15,906 nucleotides of DNA from Amoeboradix gromovi X-113 (Eukaryota; Fungi; Sanchytriomycota), in NCBI GenBank assembly GCA_018985225.1, contig JADGIF010000172.1:1-15906 (forward strand). Direction: 5' to 3'. Positions within the stretch are counted from its first letter, which is position 1, and each line of letters starts with the position of its first letter. Both the position numbers and the translations under genes were made by a program. A model generated the notes under the pieces. That model searched no databases, had not been told where the DNA came from, and saw nothing but the letters and a program-made list of their open reading frames with translations. Below are positions 9,354-15,906 of this stretch, piece after piece.

Positions 9354-10167
9354 AAAGGCCAATTAAGAGACTTTGCAAAAATCTTCTAGAATGTAAGCCT
9401 CTCTTCCTTACCAGACTGCCTCATGATAGCAGACCAGTCAGGTACCTGCTGCCACATTGAATTTTCATGCTTAGTCAAACAACTATGCTCAATTTTTTTC
9501 TTGGACCATGTTCTAGCAGTTGCTCGATTTCTGAAAACATACATATATATGTCGGCTGCCTGTATCACTTCACCATCTTTTCTCTTTTGTCATTGAGGCG
9601 CATGTTAGTAACACTTGACTTTTCTATTTTGTTTCTTTCAGAATAAATTTATCAGTCTTTTCGATATTCAAAAAGATAAAAAGCACAGAAGAGATAGAAA
9701 TTTTGGCTAGGTTTGGTAGTTTTATTGTTGCGATGATCGCAGTGCTTACAACGAAATAGCGAGGTTCAAGAACTCTCAAGCATCTACAAAGTGTGCATCC
9801 AGATCATGTTTGGGTCATTTCGCAAGGTCTATCACACTTAATAAATCTCGAGGTGGTAAAGATCTATTTTGTTTAATCTTTGACTTTTTACACCCCTCCA
9901 GCCTACTTTTCATCGTATGTCATACGTGTCCAGATGCAGATAAATGGGCTGATGTTATTAGGAATTAATATATCACACAAACACTGCTTTGAAGAGAGAA
10001 ACATCAGTTAATAGGGTGTTCTTAAAAATACATTCAGTTATTTACTAATCCACCTGACCTCTGATACCCACATTCCATCGTCTTCACTGTATTGCGGTAG
10101 CGGCAAACAGAAAGGCACATCATAAACTCGCAATATACCTAGCACGTATGATTTTACAGTTATCTCG

Positions 10168-10911
10168 TCATTCTTTAACATACCCCCAAGCAATAGCGCT
10201 AGTATTATGAGAGGATAAAATCGTAAATTCCACTTGGCCATCATTAGCAGATGCAAAAGACTTGATATGTGGCATAAATCTATCGCAATCAGCGCTGTTC
10301 GTATTCCAGTGATACAAATGGGATTTTAACCACCTAAAATGAATTCTGTAATTATCAACAGAGCGACGAGATGAATTGCCAACACTAATTTCATCATAGC
10401 GGTTCAAGATGCACTGCCTAGTTTGATATACAAATTTAAAATCATTACAGTTGAATGCGCTCATCAATGCATAAATGGGAGACTTGTCAAGTGAATAGCC
10501 AAGCCGGAGAATGGTAGAGCGCTGAATAATTAAAGCGTCAAAAGATGACCCGAAAAATAAAAATTTGATCCTAGGCAATCCGTACTTACTGCTTTTAAAT
10601 CCACCGGGAACTGAGGATATCCGCTGGGCATCTGTGTTGAAATCATACAATCTTAACAAGTCCGATAAACTATCCAAATTGTCATACTGGTGGACGTAGT
10701 CTATCTAGTCAGATCTGAATTCGGATTTCTGAGAATCAAATGTGCCCTTGAACACATTGTAGTCATGTGTCTTGTATTTCCAGACCCTCCTGATGATATT
10801 AGCAATGTGGATTACTACGACATATTCAGTTTTATCAGTTTGTAAACATTTTGGCGTGGTACGTAACTTATTTGTACGGCAGACGAGGTTTAATGTATTT
10901 TTAGCTCTTAT
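10168..10911 (-). pseudogene. Hypothetical protein, probably disrupted
   Basis: The listed 169-aa ORF has a non-ATG start. The same frame extends up to 10911 with a single TAG at 10707-10705, and an overlapping shifted frame continues to 10038. No family recognised. Confidence 0.4.
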
Positions 10912-11235
10912 TCAACAACTCATCTACTTTTTGCGCTATTATATGAACGTTATTAATAGTATGCGATTCGAGTAATATGTACATGTATACTATATTCACA
11001 CTGTAGTTGCTCTATTGCTTGTGGGATACGCAAATATTAATAATTGGCTTCATAGCCATAGCCTCATAAATCTCTTGACTTTCAAGCACAAGAGGAACTA
11101 GTTCTGCGACCAGGTCTATTACCTCATATGGCAGTGATACTATCTGATGTCCAATACTTGCACCAATAAAATTGTCCTAAAGTATCCTGCCAAACCTATT
11201 TATAGCTTGAAAGGAAGTGCGTTGGCTATTATTCA

Positions 11236-11991
11236 ATGAGAATTATCTACTTTATCCAATTAATAGCGGCAATTCCAATGCAACAAGGTAATATTCGTGA
11301 CGCCATGCCAGGAAGTACTCAGTCTGAAGGTTCTAATACCAAGTCTTTGCTTCAATTATTTGGCTCTGGAGGTGACTTGAATGACCTAGCCGTAAGGATG
11401 GCCATTACGCAAGTTAACGATCCAAAACTGTACGCTGATAAAATAGAACAAACAAATGAAAAGCAAAAAGTTAATGATCTGAATGATTTTATGCATGAAT
11501 TGAGTCTTGGAATTAAGAAAATTAAAAAGTTCGATTCTATCAGGCAGAGTTTGGGTTACGAAACTCTTGGCTTCCAAATAAATGATATTAAGAGTCTACT
11601 TGAGTCTCTTAGAATATGCGATACCACGTTAAATGAGATTTATCAATATTTGAGTGTTAAAAAAACACTGGGAGTGTTATCACCCAAAGAATTGAAGGCA
11701 ATGCACGACCTTTATCAGTTAAATACAGGCTCTGAAAGTGCATTAGAGGAAAAGCATGAACCTGCTGAAGCTAAAAGTGCATTAGAGGAAAAGCATGAAC
11801 CTAGAGAAACTAAGCTTTTTTCACGTATTCGAAGTAACACCTTCAAAATACTTGGCAGTGCCAAAAGGCGATTGTTCGGTACACAAGTTGCAGACGCAGG
11901 CATTGCCCCCGAACAGCGGACTTTACTAACAGAACCACCTACAGAATCGATACCAGCAGAGGCAAAACCAGCAGCACCAAGACCGATTTAA
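11236..11991 (+). CDS. Putative secreted orphan protein, 251 aa
   Basis: Short hydrophobic N-terminus MRIIYFIQLIAAIP, helical core, 13-aa tandem repeat, Pro/Ala/Glu-rich tail; AATAAA at 11996-12001. Confidence 0.7.
   Translation: MRIIYFIQLIAAIPMQQGNIRDAMPGSTQSEGSNTKSLLQLFGSGGDLNDLAVRMAITQVNDPKLYADKIEQTNEKQKVNDLNDFMHELSLGIKKIKKFDSIRQSLGYETLGFQINDIKSLLESLRICDTTLNEIYQYLSVKKTLGVLSPKELKAMHDLYQLNTGSESALEEKHEPAEAKSALEEKHEPRETKLFSRIRSNTFKILGSAKRRLFGTQVADAGIAPEQRTLLTEPPTESIPAEAKPAAPRPI
11731..11808 (+). repeat. 2 x 39-nt in-frame coding tandem repeat
   Basis: Identical 29-nt core aaagtgcattagaggaaaagcatgaacct at 11735 and 11774; encodes SESALEEKHEPAE / AKSALEEKHEPRE. Confidence 0.95.
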
Positions 11992-12914
11992 TCTTAATAA
12001 ATTTAGGTTTTAATACAAGTCAAAAGTTGTAATCAAGAATATCTTAAATGTAAGGAAACATACAACTAGAGTCGATACTTTGTAAACTATCATACAGCAA
12101 TCGGAATACTGAAGTACCATTCTTTGAAACAAAACTATACTCAGTAATCTCATTAAAGATATCCTGCAGCTTTTTTATTCGTCTTTATCAATATTGGACA
12201 ATGGGCTAAATAATTTTCATGCTTATTCTTTTAGGTATACGACTTGTGCAGATCTGAAATGGCACCATAACCGTACACGATATCAATTGTTCTCAATGTA
12301 TAAATTACAAAGGATTTACTAAAATAAGCTCTTTTGGATTCGTCGAGACCATCACAATTGGGAAAGAAGAGACACTAATACAAACTCAGTATAAATACTA
12401 GAAAGTGCAGTTTCGGTAGATTAAAGTAATAAACTTGTTAATGCTGTTTGTTGCGTAAATAGAATGCTATTGAGGCATGCAAATTCATAGAGAACTATCT
12501 TGTTTTCTGAGAATGTGCTAATGGGTGACTTCTTTATTTGCGACACAAATTGTATTCGCTGGCGTAGAAGATCTTTCAGGAATTACAAATCAAAATTATT
12601 GTTTGTGCTTGGAAGGAAAGAATTAAGACATTTTGCATCAGAATACTAATTTCTAATTTAACCAGATCTACTTCTTTGAGATACTCTTTCTGAGAGTTCC
12701 TGTCAGTTTTGTTACAGCTTGACTATTTTCTTGAATAAATCATTTATTGCGAATTTGTATACATTTTTGTATCATTTCAAGACTTTTCCAGATTTTTCTA
12801 ATAGCTTAAACACTCGATATTCTTCCTTTTCGCAAATTGTAAATCAATTCTAAAGAAACAACTAACAGGTACAGCATACATTCGTCTCAGACTGATAAGC
12901 TGGTCCAAACATGG

Positions 12915-13138
12915 AAATTCGATGCCATGTACAATACTTGGCACTCTAAAGAAAACCAATTTGGAGAGCAATTCATGCACATAGTGTCGTTTGGAAGTGG
13001 ACATGGACCACATGGCACCAAGGAACAAATTCGATGCCATGTACGAGGTGTGGTACTCTGGAGAAAACTAATTTAGAAACCTGAACCTGTACAAAGTGTC
13101 ATTTGAAGATAGATAAAGATCATATGGCTGTAAGGAAC
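12915..13138 (+). repeat. Diverged 2 x 112-nt tandem repeat of the Fanzor zinc-finger/RuvC-III coding segment
   Basis: Units start with aaattcgatgccatgtac at 12915 and 13027 and both end aaggaac. They align without gaps. Confidence 0.85.
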
Positions 13139-13157
13139 ATATACATCAAGTATCTGC

Positions 13158-13282
13158 ATCCTTATTCAATCCCGCCTTACGGTAGTGCAAGCGTGAGCAA
13201 TCACTGTAACGGAGAAACTAGCATTAGTTTCTCTGTGGAAATTCTCGATTTTCTCGGAAATCAGGACTTTTAACGAGGACTG
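13158..13282 (+). ncRNA. Putative omegaRNA scaffold / right end, copy B
   Basis: Homologous to 4266-4390; terminal hairpin at 13225-13282 (tagtttctc...gaggactg). Confidence 0.65.
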
Positions 13283-13386
13283 GAGCCATATGGAGCAAGG
13301 CCCCTATGTTTTGCTTACCAACACTAATAGGAATTCTTCTCATACCAATCTTAAGTTATCTACACACTTTGCATTCAAACAATTTC

Positions 13387-13959
13387 ATGCCATACTCAGT
13401 TTCAACAACTTTTGCATTGATCAAACCAGACGCATATGAATCAACCCAGGATATTTTAAAAGATATAGAGACAGAGGGATTTAAAATAGTAAGGAAGAAA
13501 CACTTGAGATTAACTGAAAATCAAGCAAGAGAATTTTACCAAGAACACGCAGATCGAGATTTCTTTGGTGACTTGATAGAATACATAAAGAGCGGTCCTG
13601 TTACTGCGTTGGTGCTAGAAAGGGAAGATGCAGTTAATCATTGGAGAAGCATTCTTGGTCCCACTGATTCAAAAGCAGCAAGAACTGAGAACCCAGATTC
13701 TATAAGAGCCAAGTATGGCAAAGACAAACAAAGAAATGCATGCCATGGGTCCGATGGTCAAGAAAATGCTGAAAGAGAAATTGCTTTCTTTTTTAAGGAA
13801 GCTGAATTCAATTTAATCACAGAAAACATCGAAATAACTAGATTTCTTGAAAAGAATATTTACCCTGTTCTTACAGAAGGTTTAGAACAGCTTATTAAGG
13901 AATCTCCAGAGGATCCAGTGGGGTTTTTAGGTAATTATTTGATGGATCATGCTAAGTAA
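13387..13959 (+). CDS. NME5: Nucleoside diphosphate kinase with C-terminal Dpy-30 motif (NME5 / radial spoke RSP23-like), about 190 aa
   Basis: TFALIKPDA, FYQEHADRDFF, SGPV, SIRAKYG and RNACHGSD (catalytic His present), then FLEKNIYPVLTEGLEQLIKESPEDPVGFLGNYL (Dpy-30). The ATG at 13387 fits the domain start better than 13306. Confidence 0.88.
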   Translation: MPYSVSTTFALIKPDAYESTQDILKDIETEGFKIVRKKHLRLTENQAREFYQEHADRDFFGDLIEYIKSGPVTALVLEREDAVNHWRSILGPTDSKAARTENPDSIRAKYGKDKQRNACHGSDGQENAEREIAFFFKEAEFNLITENIEITRFLEKNIYPVLTEGLEQLIKESPEDPVGFLGNYLMDHAK

Positions 13960-14651
13960 ATTTTTCCTAATCACTGTAATGACTCTTTAGTACTTTCTTT
14001 ATTTTACGGATACATCTAATTTGATACCATGGCGCAATGGTAATCGCCTAGCAATAGTCTACTTTGAGTTTAGGCACTAGAACATCATAAACAATGATAA
14101 AATTATTGTGTTTCTTTAGTAGGTCTTGTTTTTAATCCAGCAGACCATTTATCATAATTCCATGAATTTTGTCATTCTAATTGGCATTCTTTCTATAGTT
14201 TTCAGTTGAGTAAAAACAAAATGCCTTAATTATTTCATCTATAGTAAATAATCGGAAAGACATGCACAAACCTTCATTTATGAGTAAACATAGACCGTAT
14301 GCCAGCAAGAAGCATATACTTGAAATAAATGCATTCCTGCGCAATCCCACCCAAGGGCAGTAGATCCATGACCGGCAGCTGCAATTCACAAATGTCATTC
14401 TATCGCTAAAAAACCTGCAAAAAAGCCTTCTGAGTCAAGCAGTACTGAGAATATGTTCATCTTTAATGCTCAAACGAATATTATAGCCTCCAACGACTGT
14501 TATCTGTTCCAAAACGGATCACAACAGCTTGAAAATTGTGTACCGGCATTTTGGTGTTTGAATATAACGAGTACACCCGTGCTGTAGGAAACGAGCTTGT
14601 CTATATTTCATAGAGCACGTCCTAACTGGCAATATCGAAAATTAACAATTT

Positions 14652-15689
14652 TTATTGAGAAATTTTTAATCTTTCACTTGTAATGTCATACTGGCAGTTC
14701 AACAGCTCGATAGTAACTGAACTATTTTTCTTTAATATTTCCTTCAGGTGACTATCAAAATAAGTAGCAGCCAATCCTTCAAATCTCAACTTGGCAACAG
14801 GTGAAGTGGACAAAAACGAGATGAATTCATTTGGTAAAGTTAGGGCAGTCTTATTTTTGTCACCAATAAACGTCAATACTTTCAAATTAGCTCCACGGCA
14901 GTTACAAAGATCAATTAAATGAACCAGAGTCCCAGTCGTCTGAGTGTTTAGCGGAAATCTCAATCTACTGAAGTTATAATGCTTCATGATAAATAACGTT
15001 GTTATTAAACTCTTATCCATCCATGAACAGATGGACAAGTCAATTTCGTCTCCTGAGAGATCTATTCTCGTGATGTATTTGTTGAGCACAATGTGATCTT
15101 TAGCAACTTCTAATAAAAATTCGATTTCACTTTTAAGAATTGCTTTTAACTCTTGAATTGTGAACTGAATTCCAGTAATATCATCATTGAAATCCCTAAA
15201 ATAGCCATCATTACTCTTTAACTGAGATTTTAACGATTTGATATCCTTTTGCTGTTCCGCGACTAGCTTGAAAAGATTATCAATAACTTCTTCAGAACTA
15301 ACTGAGCAAACATGGGCTTGCAACTTAGTTCCTGAAAAAGTACATCCAATTATGCTTCTAACGCACTTGAAAGTTGAGTGCTCGCACGAATTTAGGTGAT
15401 CTGTGAGCTCCTTTCTTTTAAGCAACCTTAAGCATCCTTTTGACCAATTTGGACAATATACTTCGAGATCACCTATTTGGTTGGCTAGGTTTACATCTAC
15501 CACTGAGTTACTAGGCTTGCATGAAGAGCAATAGAGTTTCCAATCCACCACATATGGAATATCTACTGAGTGCTCACATTTACAGCAAAAAAATGCTGCA
15601 TCTGGTTTCTTAAGATATATGAAGCCATTGCTTCTGTAGACTTCATCTTCTGGCTCACTTTCATCTTCACCATGGTAGTACTTTCCCAT
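14652..15689 (-). CDS. TRAF-type zinc-finger protein with degenerate RING-like region, coiled coil and Leu-rich C-terminus, about 345 aa
   Basis: CCKC...YCSSC, then IGDLEVYCPNWSKGC...LTDHLNSCEHSTFKC...GCTFSG...HVC, then heptads LVAEQQKDIKSLKSQLK. First ATG at 15689; the stop overlaps AATAAA. Confidence 0.75.
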   Translation of the reverse strand: MGKYYHGEDESEPEDEVYRSNGFIYLKKPDAAFFCCKCEHSVDIPYVVDWKLYCSSCKPSNSVVDVNLANQIGDLEVYCPNWSKGCLRLLKRKELTDHLNSCEHSTFKCVRSIIGCTFSGTKLQAHVCSVSSEEVIDNLFKLVAEQQKDIKSLKSQLKSNDGYFRDFNDDITGIQFTIQELKAILKSEIEFLLEVAKDHIVLNKYITRIDLSGDEIDLSICSWMDKSLITTLFIMKHYNFSRLRFPLNTQTTGTLVHLIDLCNCRGANLKVLTFIGDKNKTALTLPNEFISFLSTSPVAKLRFEGLAATYFDSHLKEILKKNSSVTIELLNCQYDITSERLKISQ

Positions 15690-15906
15690 TATTCCAGTGG
15701 CCTTTGTGACGAATAAAAATAAAATATCAAATATTAAAACTGGACTAACTTTCTGTAGCAACTTGGAAGATTATTTCAGCTTTATTAATTTTATGGATTT
15801 AAGAGACGAGTGGACATTCAGCTAGTTGTGGAGTTGACGAGTATGAAAGGAAAATAAATAACTTTTTGTATCGAAATTTCAAAAATAAATATTCTGTACA
15901 GCTATT

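Larger units (their letters stand above)
12714..13282 (+). mobile_element. Defective IS607/Fanzor2-type element, copy B
   Basis: Shares the upstream segment (12714-12873) and right end with copy A. Encodes CTRCGTLEKTNLET*TCTKCHLKIDKDHMAVRNIYIKYL; the RuvC-II region is absent. Confidence 0.82.

Noticed and set aside
9386-9568. Upstream exon of the SPEF2-like gene via a 26-nt GTAAG...TAG intron (9411-9386)
   Set aside because: The spliced frame meets TAA at 9365-9363 before reaching the main ORF.
10164-10183. 20-nt GTATGT...GAG intron candidate on the minus strand
   Set aside because: Its 3' end is GAG rather than the TAG seen in the other introns, and splicing gives an immediate stop instead of joining the two ORFs.
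12600-12840. Protein-kinase N-lobe-like words on the minus strand (VYK, AV-x-KL, KEYLKEVDL)
   Set aside because: They are spread across different frames, with no Gly-rich loop or HRD/DFG motif; insufficient support.
683-14398. Remaining short ORFs of 60-91 aa in the track (e.g. 683-883, 898-1119, 1434-1670, 2623-2898, 4808-4996, 6644-6850, 10772-10975, 12798-13040, 14177-14398)
   Set aside because: Antisense or alternate-frame shadows of real genes or repeats, or motif-less ORFs of chance length.

Overview
AT-rich, gene-dense eukaryotic nuclear DNA in the standard genetic code, with ultra-short GT-AG introns (20, 20 and 22 nt). The source is probably a compact-genome zoosporic fungus or relative (inference only). 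Host genes are protein phosphatase 5, a telobox-like Myb protein, FEN1, a strongly diverged SPEF2-like axonemal protein, a secreted orphan with a 13-aa repeat, NME5/RSP23 (NDK plus Dpy-30) and a TRAF-type zinc-finger protein. There is also one likely pseudogene. The main accessory content is at least five remnants of an IS607/Fanzor2-type (eukaryotic TnpB) element at about 3790-4390, 4886-4949, 5245-5369, 5491-5560 and 12714-13282. The nuclease ORFs are broken or absent. The right-end, omegaRNA-like long hairpin is kept in two sequence subfamilies with paired-base changes, and each complete copy is followed by a different flank (candidate guide). All alignments and folds were done by eye.
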